From Eubacteriales bacterium (lineage in GTDB: Bacteria > Bacillota > Clostridia > Oscillospirales > CAG-272): DNA of 64,000 nucleotides. Shown one piece after another: positions 8,652-17,992 of the stretch. The notes under the pieces are model-generated. The model worked only from the letters and a program-made list of their open reading frames with translations, was not told the DNA's origin and searched no databases. The DNA lies in the NCBI GenBank assembly GCA_045589215.1, contig JAZNOQ010000085.1, positions 4,348 through 68,347 of the forward strand, given 5' to 3'. How positions within the stretch are numbered: position 1 is the stretch's first letter; the number at the start of each line of letters is the position of its first letter. The translations under genes and the position numbers were made by a program.

Positions 8652-9788
8652 ATGAGCGAATGCCCACACGCGAAAAAGTGCAGCGGATGTCAACTGCAGA
8701 ACCTCACGTATGAGGAACAGCTTCATATGAAAGAGGCGAAGCTGATAGCCCTGCTCGGGCGGTACGGTCACGTTGAGGAGATCCTCGGGATGGATGACCC
8801 GCATCATTACCGCAACAAGGTGCAGGCGGCGTTCGGTATGCGCGACGGCAGAATGGTGTCGGGGGTGTATCAATCCGCGACGGGACGCATCGTGCCCGTT
8901 GACAGGTGCCTCCTTGAAAATGAAAAGGCGGACGAGATCGTCGTCACCGTGAGAAAGCTCTGTGCGGGCTTTAAGATCAAAGCGTTTGACCCGAAAACGG
9001 GCAGAGGCTTTCTTCGCCACGTCCTCGTGCGGACGGGATTTTTCTCGGGAGAGATCATGGTTGTGCTTGTGACTGCGCGCGGAGGATTTCCGTCGAAGCG
9101 TTCGTTTACGAATGAGCTTCTCCGTCGCCATCCCGAGATCACAACGGTCGTTTGGAATATCAATGCCTCCGACACCGCTTTGATGCTTGGGATCGAGAGC
9201 GAAACGCTGTACGGAGAGGGATATATCACCGATCGTCTGTGCGGGCTTTCCTTTCGTATCAGTCCGCGATCGTTCTATCAGGTGAATTCGCGGCAGACCG
9301 AGGTGCTTTACCGCATCGCGGGAGAGTATGCGGGGCTTACGGGCAAGGAGCGAGTCCTTGACGCATACTGCGGAACGGGAACGATCGGGCTTACGATGGC
9401 GAAGGACGCGCGTGAGCTTATCGGTGTCGAACTAAACCGTGACGCCGTGCGCGACGCGCGGGAGAATGCCGTAGGGAACGGCGTGAAGAATGCGCGCTTT
9501 TACGCGGGCGACGCGGGAGAATTTATGGAGCGCGCTGCAGAGAAGAACGAAACGTTCGACGTTGTTGTGACCGATCCGCCGCGCGCGGGATGCAGTCCGC
9601 GGTTTCTCGGAAGTCTCTTAAAGCTTTCACCGAAGCGTGTTGTGTATATTTCCTGCAACCCTGAGACTCTTGCGCGTGATCTTCATACCTTGACGCGCGG
9701 CGGCTACCGTGTGAAGAAAATTCAGCCCGTCGATATGTTTCCGTATACAAGCCACGTTGAGACCGTTGTTTGTCTGACGAGAAAATAA
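8652..9788 (+). CDS. 23S rRNA (uracil-5-)-methyltransferase RumA-family paralog (no TRAM domain)
   Basis: N-terminal Fe-S Cys motif (CPHAKKCSGCQLQ), FYQVN, DAYCGTGTIGL, VVTDPPRAG and a C-terminal QPVDMFPYTSHVETVVCL. Confidence 0.85.
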   Translation: MSECPHAKKCSGCQLQNLTYEEQLHMKEAKLIALLGRYGHVEEILGMDDPHHYRNKVQAAFGMRDGRMVSGVYQSATGRIVPVDRCLLENEKADEIVVTVRKLCAGFKIKAFDPKTGRGFLRHVLVRTGFFSGEIMVVLVTARGGFPSKRSFTNELLRRHPEITTVVWNINASDTALMLGIESETLYGEGYITDRLCGLSFRISPRSFYQVNSRQTEVLYRIAGEYAGLTGKERVLDAYCGTGTIGLTMAKDARELIGVELNRDAVRDARENAVGNGVKNARFYAGDAGEFMERAAEKNETFDVVVTDPPRAGCSPRFLGSLLKLSPKRVVYISCNPETLARDLHTLTRGGYRVKKIQPVDMFPYTSHVETVVCLTRK

Positions 9789-9800
9789 AGGAGAAAACCG

Positions 9801-10466
9801 ATGAAGCTGATACGGAATGCATGTGCAAAATTTGTGCTTGGGCTTGTTTTGGTCGGTGGGCTGTTGTTTCTGCCCGCGTGGACGGTTTACTACCCCGGTG
9901 CGTGGCTGCTTCTCGCACTACTCTTTCTCCCGATGCTACTGATGGGAATCGTGCTTTTGGTGAAGGCACCCGCACTGCTCGAAAAACGGTTGAATAACAA
10001 GGAAAAGGAAAAAACGCAACAGGGTGTGGTCGCACTGTCGGGCTTGATGTTTCCCGTCGGATTTATTTTGTCCGCGCTCGATTTTCGATTTGGTTGGTCG
10101 AGTGTTCCGCTTTGGCTTGTGATAACCGCTTCCGTGCTGTTTTTGGCAGGATACGGAATATATGCCGAGGTGATGCGCGAAAACGCATATCTCTCGCGCA
10201 CGGTAGAGGTGCAGGAGGGACAGACCGTTATCAGCACGGGGCTTTACTCTGTGGTTCGTCATCCGATGTATCTTGCAACGCTGCTGATGTTTTTACCGCT
10301 TCCCCTGATTCTCGGCTCATTTTGGGGGCTGATCCCCTTTATGCTATATCCCATTGTGACCGTTATCCGCATCCTGAACGAGGAAAAGGTCTTGATAGGG
10401 GGGCTTTCGGGCTATGCGGAATACAAGGAAAAAGTAAAATACAGGCTGATTCCGTTTGTCTGGTAA
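9801..10466 (+). CDS. isoprenylcysteine carboxyl / phospholipid methyltransferase-family membrane protein
   Basis: Polytopic protein with the GLYSVVRHPMYLATLLMF signature of ICMT/PEMT-type methyltransferases. Confidence 0.7.
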   Translation: MKLIRNACAKFVLGLVLVGGLLFLPAWTVYYPGAWLLLALLFLPMLLMGIVLLVKAPALLEKRLNNKEKEKTQQGVVALSGLMFPVGFILSALDFRFGWSSVPLWLVITASVLFLAGYGIYAEVMRENAYLSRTVEVQEGQTVISTGLYSVVRHPMYLATLLMFLPLPLILGSFWGLIPFMLYPIVTVIRILNEEKVLIGGLSGYAEYKEKVKYRLIPFVW

Positions 10467-10516
10467 CAGCTGTAAATCAAAAATCAATATAGAAATCTTT
10501 TCGTTTGGAGGGAATT

Positions 10517-11311
10517 ATGAAATTCAAAATCGATCACGACTACCACATTCATTCGTTCCTGTCATCCTGCTCCCACGACCCCGAACAAACGCCCGAGCGG
10601 ATCCTCGCATATGCGAAGGAGCTGGGGCTTTCGAAAATTTGTCTGACCGATCACTATTGGGACAGCGCCGTTCCGGGGGCTTCAAAGTGGTATACCCCGC
10701 AGAATTTCGATCATATCAAAGAGGCAAAGCCTCTGCCGCAGACCGAGGGCGTTGCGTTTTTGTTTGGGTGCGAGACCGAAATGGATATGTTTAACACGCT
10801 CGGAATTCCCCCCGAGCGATACGACGATTTCGATTTCATTATCATTCCGACGACGCATCTGCATATGAGCTTTACGATCGCACCGGAGGACAGGGAAAGC
10901 AACAAACGGAGAGCAGAGCTCTGGGTCGAGCGCCTCGACGCACTTCTTGACAAGGACCTGCCCTTTCATAAGGTCGGAATTGCACACCTCGCGTGCCCGA
11001 CGCTCAATAAGAAGAGCCGCGAGGATTACCTTGAGGTGCTTTCCTTGATCCCCGAAGAAAAGATGGTAGCACTTTTCACAAAGGCGGCAAAGCGGGGATG
11101 CGGCATTGAGCTCAATATGATCTTCAGCGATGAGGAGGCAGATATTGTCCTTCGCCCCTTCCGTATTGCAAAGGCGTGCGGATGCAAGTTCTACCTCGGA
11201 AGTGACGCGCATCGTACCGAGAGTTTTGATGCGTGCAGGGAGAAATTTGATCGTATGATTACGATGCTGGAGCTTACCGAGGACGATAAATTCCATATCG
11301 GGCGAAAATGA
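10517..11311 (+). CDS. PHP-domain metal-dependent phosphoesterase
   Basis: N-terminal DYHIHSFLSSCSHD (HxH) and a late GSDAH block. The ATG at 10517 follows a GGAGGGA RBS. Confidence 0.65.
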   Translation: MKFKIDHDYHIHSFLSSCSHDPEQTPERILAYAKELGLSKICLTDHYWDSAVPGASKWYTPQNFDHIKEAKPLPQTEGVAFLFGCETEMDMFNTLGIPPERYDDFDFIIIPTTHLHMSFTIAPEDRESNKRRAELWVERLDALLDKDLPFHKVGIAHLACPTLNKKSREDYLEVLSLIPEEKMVALFTKAAKRGCGIELNMIFSDEEADIVLRPFRIAKACGCKFYLGSDAHRTESFDACREKFDRMITMLELTEDDKFHIGRK

Positions 11312-11355
11312 TCGCGGATAAACAGAACGTATAAACCATATATAGGAGAAGAAAC

Positions 11356-12981
11356 ATGAAGATCTGTGTAATTCAACCCCACTATTCGTTTGATGAAAAG
11401 GATGTCGGTGCTTGCTTTGAGGGGCTGCTTAAGCTACTTGACGAGTGCGACGAGAGCCTTGACCTCATCGTCCTGCCCGAGTACAGCGATGCCCTTGCCG
11501 ACGTCAAGGGGAAGGCGGGATTTTACGATACCGCACGGGCGTACGGTCCGATCCTACTTGAGCGGGCGAGGGAGACGGCGAAAAAATGTAACGCGATCGT
11601 ATTTGTGAACGCAGGATATGAAACCGAAAACGGCATTCGGAATACCACCTATGCGATCGATAGGGAAGGTAGTATCGTCGGAAAATATTTCAAGGCACAC
11701 CCCGCACCGAGTGAGGTGAAGACGGATGCCGAGGGCGGGCACGAGCTTGACGTTGCGTACAGCTACGAGATCGCACAGCCGTACGTTCTTGAGCTTGAGG
11801 GACTTCGCTTCGGCTTCCTCACCTGCTATGATTTCTATTTTTATGAGAACTTTGCGAAGATCGCGCGTGAAAATGTCGACATCATTATCGGTTGCTCGCT
11901 TCAGCGTACCGACCGTCACGAGGCGCCTTCGATCATCAACAAATTCCTCTCCTACAACACGAACGCACACCTCATCCGCGCTTCGGTCTCGCTTTCCGAG
12001 GATTCGGAGGTCTGCGGTTGCAGTATGGTGGTTTCTCCTGACGGAAGGACACTGCTCAATATGGAGAGCCGTGTCGGACTCGGCATTTGCGAGATCGATC
12101 CGTTAAAGAAGTACTATAAGCCCGCTGGGCATATGGGAAGGATGAAATCCCACTACGAATACATCGAGGAGGGACGCAGACCGTGGCTTTACCGCAACGG
12201 TGGTGCATCGGTCGTCCCCTTTGACAGCGTAATGAAGTATCCCCGCCTATGCGCGCACCGCGGGTTCAATACGGTCGCACCCGAGAACAGTATGCCTGCG
12301 TTCGGAGCGGCGGTCGCACTCGGCGCGGAGGAGATCGAATTTGATTTGTGGTCTACGAAGGACGGCGTGCTTGTTTCGAGCCACGACCCGAGGCTTGAGC
12401 GCGTCAGCAACGGAACGGGGAAGATCTACGAGCATACCTATGAAGAGCTTCGCGCGCTGGATTTCAGCAAGGGATACAGCGAAAAATTCGCGGGGCTGAA
12501 GATCCCGACCTTCGAGGAGATCCTTCAGAAATTCGCGGGGCGCGTGATCATGAATATTCACGTTAAGATCTGGGATAAGAATTTTGAAGATCTTATGATA
12601 GAGGAGATCGTCGGACTTGTCCGCAAGTATGACTGTGAAAAGCACATCTACTTTATGACGACTAAGGACAATGTCATAAGGAAGGTGATGGAATATGCAC
12701 CCGATCTTCGCGTTTGTGTCGGTTGGGACGGAAACAAGACCGATCCCATGTCGATCGTCAACCGCGCGATCGCGCTCGGTGCGTACAAGGTACAGCTTTT
12801 CAAGCCCTATTTTAATCAGGAAAGCATCGACAAGGCGCACGCACACGGTATTCTTTGTAACGTGTTCTACGCGGACGATCCAGAAGAGGCGAGACGTTAC
12901 CTTGAAATGGGTGTCGATACGGTACTCACAAACGATTATTTGACGGTGTATAACGCCGTAAAGGACGATTACCTTGCATAG
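11356..12981 (+). CDS. fusion protein: N-terminal carbon-nitrogen hydrolase (nitrilase superfamily) + C-terminal glycerophosphodiester phosphodiesterase (GDPD)
   Basis: Candidate E-K-C triad (LIVLPEYS, YFKAHP, FGFLTCYDFYF) in residues 1-270, and a GDPD signature (CAHRGFNTVAPENSMPAF ... EIEFDLWSTKDGVLVSSHD) in residues 300-541. Confidence 0.7.
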   Translation: MKICVIQPHYSFDEKDVGACFEGLLKLLDECDESLDLIVLPEYSDALADVKGKAGFYDTARAYGPILLERARETAKKCNAIVFVNAGYETENGIRNTTYAIDREGSIVGKYFKAHPAPSEVKTDAEGGHELDVAYSYEIAQPYVLELEGLRFGFLTCYDFYFYENFAKIARENVDIIIGCSLQRTDRHEAPSIINKFLSYNTNAHLIRASVSLSEDSEVCGCSMVVSPDGRTLLNMESRVGLGICEIDPLKKYYKPAGHMGRMKSHYEYIEEGRRPWLYRNGGASVVPFDSVMKYPRLCAHRGFNTVAPENSMPAFGAAVALGAEEIEFDLWSTKDGVLVSSHDPRLERVSNGTGKIYEHTYEELRALDFSKGYSEKFAGLKIPTFEEILQKFAGRVIMNIHVKIWDKNFEDLMIEEIVGLVRKYDCEKHIYFMTTKDNVIRKVMEYAPDLRVCVGWDGNKTDPMSIVNRAIALGAYKVQLFKPYFNQESIDKAHAHGILCNVFYADDPEEARRYLEMGVDTVLTNDYLTVYNAVKDDYLA

Positions 12982-12992
12982 GGAGAAGGACA

Positions 12993-13880
12993 ATGGAGAA
13001 AAAATACAGCATTCAAGAGTTCCTTGTCGATATCCTATATGCGATCATCGCGGGTGTGATCGTCGGCACGGCGTATTACTTCTTTCAGAATAGCAATAGC
13101 TTTGCACCGGGCGGCGTCGGAGGTCTTGCGACCATTACGTATCACCTGCTCGGGAATAAGGTCAGCTGGTCGATCCTCATGGTGGCATTCAATCTGCCGA
13201 TCTTCGTTTTGGTGAGTGCCATTGTTAATAAAAAGCTCGGCCTGATGCTCAGCATCTATATGGTCGTGCAGTCCTTCTTCCCGAAGCTTTACGAGGCGAT
13301 CGAAGTTCAGCCGTATTGCTACGCGAGCTATGAAGAGGACTTCAATATCGTATTTGCCTGTATCGCAACGGGTGTTATATCGGGCTTTGGATTTTCCCTG
13401 ATGCTGCGGCGGTTCGGTGCCAGTGGCGGTACGTACGGAATTTCCGCACTCATCAAAAAGGCGCGTCCCGAAATGAACATCGCGTATATTTCCTTCATTA
13501 TGGATGCAAGCGTGGTCTTTATTGCATTCTTCGTTTACGGAATGAAGGTCACCCCCGTGATGTGTACGCTTCTCAACCTGTTTATTGCCAACGTCATCGT
13601 GGATAACGGCCTCAGCGGTATCAAGAACGGCTATAAATTCGAGATCATCACGAGTAATCCGACCGAGCTTGCACAGGAGCTGATGACGAAGATGAAGCAC
13701 GGCGTCACCGAGATCAAGGTACACGGTATGTATTCGGACACCGATAAATATATGCTCGTTTGCATCATCAACAAGCGGCAGATCGGCGAAATGATGCGGA
13801 TCTTAAAAAAGCACCCCGACACGTTTGCATGCTTTGAAAAGGTAAACGAGGTGTTCGGAAACTTCAAACGGAAGGTCTGA
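12993..13880 (+). CDS. YitT-family membrane protein (DUF161 + C-terminal DUF2179)
   Basis: Five or six TM helices with GGxGG (APGGVGGLA) and a soluble C-terminal domain (VTEIKVHGMYSDTDKYMLVCII) typical of YitT. Confidence 0.75.
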   Translation: MEKKYSIQEFLVDILYAIIAGVIVGTAYYFFQNSNSFAPGGVGGLATITYHLLGNKVSWSILMVAFNLPIFVLVSAIVNKKLGLMLSIYMVVQSFFPKLYEAIEVQPYCYASYEEDFNIVFACIATGVISGFGFSLMLRRFGASGGTYGISALIKKARPEMNIAYISFIMDASVVFIAFFVYGMKVTPVMCTLLNLFIANVIVDNGLSGIKNGYKFEIITSNPTELAQELMTKMKHGVTEIKVHGMYSDTDKYMLVCIINKRQIGEMMRILKKHPDTFACFEKVNEVFGNFKRKV

Positions 13881-13922
13881 CGCTTATACGAAAGAGCCTT
13901 CCTTGAAAATGCTTGTTACCCC

Positions 13923-13951
13923 TTGCAAACTGCGGGGAAATATGGTATAAT
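13923..13951 (+). promoter_or_regulatory. sigma-A promoter upstream of glcK
   Basis: TTGCAA, a 17-nt spacer, then TGg-TATAAT (extended -10). Confidence 0.6.
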
Positions 13952-14026
13952 ATTCTTATCAAGTTGGTTTTCGGAGGACCGAATGCGGTCTTCGGAGGAT
14001 CATATCTCTCGTATGGAGGAACAATT

Positions 14027-14986
14027 ATGTACAGAATCGGAGTAGATCTCGGCGGAACGAACATCGCCGTCGGACTTGTGGATGAAAGCTATCGCATTGT
14101 CGCAAAGGTAAGCGCACCGACGGGCGCAGGGCGTCCTGGGGAGGAGATCGTTGACGATATTGCGAAGCTGTGTAAGAAGGTCTGCCTTGAGGCGGGCGTT
14201 ACCGCGAATGACGTTGTGGCGGTCGGCATCGCAACCCCCGGCATTGCCGATTACAATGCGGGCGTAGTTCGTTATTCCTGCAATCTAAACTTCCGTAATT
14301 TCCCGCTCGCAGAGATGCTTCAAAAGAAGTTCCCCGTTGAGACCGTGCACATCGAAAACGATGCAAATGCGGCGGCTTGGGGCGAAGCGGTCGCGGGAGC
14401 TGCAAAGGGAACGAAGAACTCCCTGATGATCACCCTCGGAACGGGTGTCGGCGGCGGCATCATCATCGACGGAAAGGTCTACTCGGGCTTTAACTGTGCG
14501 GGCGGTGAGCTTGGACACGCGGTCATCGTTGCGGGTGGACGTCCCTGCGGCTGCGGACGAAAGGGTTGTTGGGAGGCTTACAGCTCGGCGACGGGGCTGA
14601 TCAATATGACGAAGGATAAGCTCGCAGAATGCGAAAGGACAGGCAGAGCGACTGTTATGACCGAGCTTCGCGAGAAGTACGGAAAGGTCAACGGACGGAT
14701 CGCGTTCGATGCGATGCGTCTTGGCGATGAGGCGGGCAAGGAGGTCGTTGACGAGTACGTTTACTATCTTGGAATCGGACTTGCGAATATGATCAATCTC
14801 TTCCAGCCCGAGGTGCTTTCGATCGGCGGCGGCATTTCGAACGAGGGACAGACTCTGCTTGATCTCGTTGTTCCTTTTGTACGCGCAGAGCAGTATGGCG
14901 GAGACTTTGCGGCACTTACGCAGATCCGCATTGCGGCACTGAAAAATGATGCGGGCATCATCGGTGCGGCTACGCTTGGATTGTAA
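14027..14986 (+). CDS. glcK: ROK-family glucokinase
   Basis: IGVDLGGTNIAVGLV ATP-binding motif and a ROK zinc motif (GGRPCGCGRKGCWE). The start is set at the ATG at 14027 after a GGAGG RBS. Confidence 0.85.
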   Translation: MYRIGVDLGGTNIAVGLVDESYRIVAKVSAPTGAGRPGEEIVDDIAKLCKKVCLEAGVTANDVVAVGIATPGIADYNAGVVRYSCNLNFRNFPLAEMLQKKFPVETVHIENDANAAAWGEAVAGAAKGTKNSLMITLGTGVGGGIIIDGKVYSGFNCAGGELGHAVIVAGGRPCGCGRKGCWEAYSSATGLINMTKDKLAECERTGRATVMTELREKYGKVNGRIAFDAMRLGDEAGKEVVDEYVYYLGIGLANMINLFQPEVLSIGGGISNEGQTLLDLVVPFVRAEQYGGDFAALTQIRIAALKNDAGIIGAATLGL

Positions 14987-15032
14987 TTTTAATTTATTAA
15001 AATAAATATCGCAACATTTTGAGGACGCAGTT

Positions 15033-15968
15033 ATGTTGAAGGTTGGTGTACAGTCTTCGGGCTGGTATAACGAAAAAGACCCAATGGGTTCCCTTGCGTA
15101 TATCAAGTCGTGCGGCTTTGAAGCGATCGATTTTAATATCGACCATTATATGAAGCCCGGCAAGATGGTGAAGGAGGGGATCTATCCGACGATATTCGAC
15201 GAGCCCACGGAAAGGGTCCTCGAATTCTTTGTTCCCTTGAAGGAGGCATCCGAAAGGACCGGTGTTACGATCTGTCAGATGCATGCCCCCTTCCCGGTTT
15301 GGCATGAAGGGGAGGACGAGATCAACGAGCTTGTCATAACGGCTCTTGACAAATGCTTTGCTGTTTGCGAATTTGTCGGTTGTCCCGCGATCGTTGTTCA
15401 TCCCGTCAGCGGTCCCACAAGAGAAGAGGAATGGAACGCAAATCTTGCGCTCTATCGCCGTCTTATTCCGATCATTCAGAAATACAAGGGCGTCAAGATC
15501 TGCCTCGAGAACATTTTCAGTCATTACGAAAAGCGTATCATTGAGGGTCGTCTTTCCAACGCATCCGATGCGTGCCGTATGCTCGACATTCTGAACGAGG
15601 AAGCAGGTGGGGATTACTTTGGCTTTTGTCTTGACGTCGGACACGCAAATCTCACCCGTCGTAACCTTAAGGAATATATCAGGGAGCTTGGTGCAAGGCT
15701 CACGATCCTGCACACCCACGATAACAATGGTGTAGACGACCTGCATATGATCCCGTATTCGTATCTCGCGTCGGGCAAGACTCACGTATGTGATTGGGAG
15801 GGCTTTGTTGAGGGCCTGAAGGAGATCAATTATTCCGGCGTGATTATGTTTGAGACCTTCCGCATCTTCTCGGCATACCCCCAGACGGTACATACCGAGG
15901 CGCTGAAGCTGATCTCTGCGATCGGACACTATTGGGCGAAGCGGATCGACGAACCGGACGAAAACTGA
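15033..15968 (+). CDS. sugar phosphate isomerase/epimerase (xylose-isomerase-like TIM barrel)
   Basis: AP-endonuclease-2/TIM pattern (IVVHP, KICLEN, FCLDVGHAN, HTHDN). Confidence 0.75.
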   Translation: MLKVGVQSSGWYNEKDPMGSLAYIKSCGFEAIDFNIDHYMKPGKMVKEGIYPTIFDEPTERVLEFFVPLKEASERTGVTICQMHAPFPVWHEGEDEINELVITALDKCFAVCEFVGCPAIVVHPVSGPTREEEWNANLALYRRLIPIIQKYKGVKICLENIFSHYEKRIIEGRLSNASDACRMLDILNEEAGGDYFGFCLDVGHANLTRRNLKEYIRELGARLTILHTHDNNGVDDLHMIPYSYLASGKTHVCDWEGFVEGLKEINYSGVIMFETFRIFSAYPQTVHTEALKLISAIGHYWAKRIDEPDEN

Positions 15969-16005
15969 TCTACGGTAAAAATAAAAAGCCTACAGACGGC
16001 TTTCG

Positions 16006-16040
16006 AAAAAAGGCTGAGTCGGTCGACTCAGCCTTTTTTG
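16006..16040. terminator. bidirectional intrinsic terminator between convergent genes
   Basis: AAAAAAGGCTGAGTC-ggtc-GACTCAGCCTTTTTT. Confidence 0.8.
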
Positions 16041-16065
16041 GTTGTATTTCAAATGATGTGACGCC

Positions 16066-17976
16066 TCATTTTCCGTTCTTCGATCGGCGCGACCGACGGA
16101 GAGAGTCCTTTGTGTGGCGTTTCTTTGCCGAGCGACCGGGCAGGGCGCGGACCGAACGGAACGCAAACCGTATGAGGCGTAAGGGGAATATCACAAGCTT
16201 TTCGGGCAGCGCCGAAACGATGCGTGCGACTGTCGTGAGGAGCCCGAGAAGAAGCTTTCCGATCGGAAGGTAAATCAGGGGCTCGAGTGCGAGTTTTGAG
16301 GGCAAGCGGTTGACGTAAAAGCGCAGCCCCGTGCCCTCGTCGCGCTTCATAAGAAGTCTGCGGACGACGAGCAGGTAAACGAGCGTGGCAATCGCGAGCG
16401 AGATGCATACGCCGCGGAGGTTCGTCCATGAAAAATACTCGACGCGATGAGAGAGCGGTTGCCCGCCGACAAAGGAGAGACCGAATGCGGAAATTCTCTC
16501 TGCGAACATGTGCGGCGCGTAGCCGAGAACGAGGATTGGGAGAGTGCCCATCAGAAGCGCGACCCACGAAAGGACCGTGAGGCGTTTTTTGCGTTCCGAG
16601 CCGTCTTTCTTTGCGGGTGAATGCTCGGCGCTCGGGCGTTCAATGAAGATTGCGACAAAGAGCTTTGCTACGTACGCTGCGGTGAGACCGCCCGACAGGA
16701 GAAAGAGCCATTCGACGAGGGTGATGAGCGCGCCGCCGTGTGCGGCATATTCGACGATGCTTTCATGCACGAGCGTTTTCGAGAGGTAGCCGAGCGTTCC
16801 GGGAATACCCGCAAGGCTTGCACCGCCGACAAGGAAAACTGCACCGAGGAGGGGCTTCTGTCTGCCGTAGCCGCGAAGCTCGTTCAGGTGAAGGGTGTGT
16901 GCCGTTGCATAGATTGCACCTGCTGTGAGGAACAGAACGAGCATAGACAGCGAATGATTCAGCATATAAAGAACCGTTCCGTTTGCGGCAAGCGCGTTCC
17001 CATCGCCGAGAAGACAGATCATCGAGATCCCGACCGTAATGAATCCGATCTGCGACATCGACGAGCAGGCAAGGGTGCGCTTCAAATGAACTGAGAAAAG
17101 TGCAAGAGCGGCTCCGACGAGCATGGTGATCGCTCCGAGCGCGAGGAGAAGCTCTCCCCAGGGGCGTTCGCCGGGAAGTACGTTCGCGGTCACGATCAGA
17201 ATTCCGAAAATACCCGTTTTCGTGACAACCCCCGACAAAAGCACACTTGCGGGTGTCGGGGTGACGGGATGGACTCTCGGGAGCCAGCTTGGCGTCGGGA
17301 ACAGTCCTGCCTTTGTGCCGAAGCCGAGAAGGATGCAAATTGCCGCGAGGTAGAGCTCTGTACGGTTCTTTGCAGTCGGGCAGAGTGCGCGGAGCTCGGA
17401 GAAGCTTAGCGTCCCAGCGCAATGATTCAGAAGAAGGATGCCTGCGAGGGCTACCATACTGCCGATCACCGCGATCGTGAGATAGGATTTGCCTGCCTTC
17501 AGTGAGCCGAGCGTTTCCTCCTCTGCGACCCAGGCATAGGACGCGAGAGAGGTCAACTCGAAGAAGATGAATGTCGTGAGCAGATTTGTTGAAAGAAAGA
17601 TGCCGAGGGTCGAACCGAGGGTAAACAGAAAGAAGAAGCAGAAGCGTCCGCTGATACCGTGGCGTTTGAAATACTGTGGCGAGAGGAGTGATGCGCCGAA
17701 CCACATAAAGACGGTGACGAGCGCGTAGATCGCCCGAAGCCCGTCGAAGGACAGGTGGATGCGGAGCATATCTGTGGAGCAGCTTGCTTCGCAACCGGAT
17801 ACAAGCAACCAAAGCGCCGCTAGAAGCTCGATGAGGCAGGTCGCGATCAGTAGGATACAGCGGGCGGACTTGACAGCTTTTTTGTGGACTTTAAGACACT
17901 TTCCCGTAGCATAGGTGACGAATGCCGACAAAAGGGGAAAGAGTACGAGAAGAAGCAGAAGAATGGAAGGGTTCAT
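16066..17976 (-). CDS. proton-conducting membrane transporter, complex I NuoL/MnhA-like antiporter subunit (divergent)
   Basis: 636 aa and highly polytopic. TM5 Glu (FIFFELTSLASY), TM7 Lys (GFGTKAGLFP) and the TPASVLLSGVVTKTG block are present. AAGGAGG RBS lies 16 nt after the upstream stop. Confidence 0.8.
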   Translation of the reverse strand: MNPSILLLLLVLFPLLSAFVTYATGKCLKVHKKAVKSARCILLIATCLIELLAALWLLVSGCEASCSTDMLRIHLSFDGLRAIYALVTVFMWFGASLLSPQYFKRHGISGRFCFFFLFTLGSTLGIFLSTNLLTTFIFFELTSLASYAWVAEEETLGSLKAGKSYLTIAVIGSMVALAGILLLNHCAGTLSFSELRALCPTAKNRTELYLAAICILLGFGTKAGLFPTPSWLPRVHPVTPTPASVLLSGVVTKTGIFGILIVTANVLPGERPWGELLLALGAITMLVGAALALFSVHLKRTLACSSMSQIGFITVGISMICLLGDGNALAANGTVLYMLNHSLSMLVLFLTAGAIYATAHTLHLNELRGYGRQKPLLGAVFLVGGASLAGIPGTLGYLSKTLVHESIVEYAAHGGALITLVEWLFLLSGGLTAAYVAKLFVAIFIERPSAEHSPAKKDGSERKKRLTVLSWVALLMGTLPILVLGYAPHMFAERISAFGLSFVGGQPLSHRVEYFSWTNLRGVCISLAIATLVYLLVVRRLLMKRDEGTGLRFYVNRLPSKLALEPLIYLPIGKLLLGLLTTVARIVSALPEKLVIFPLRLIRFAFRSVRALPGRSAKKRHTKDSLRRSRRSKNGK

Positions 17977-17992
17977 AAGTCGTCTGCCTCCT

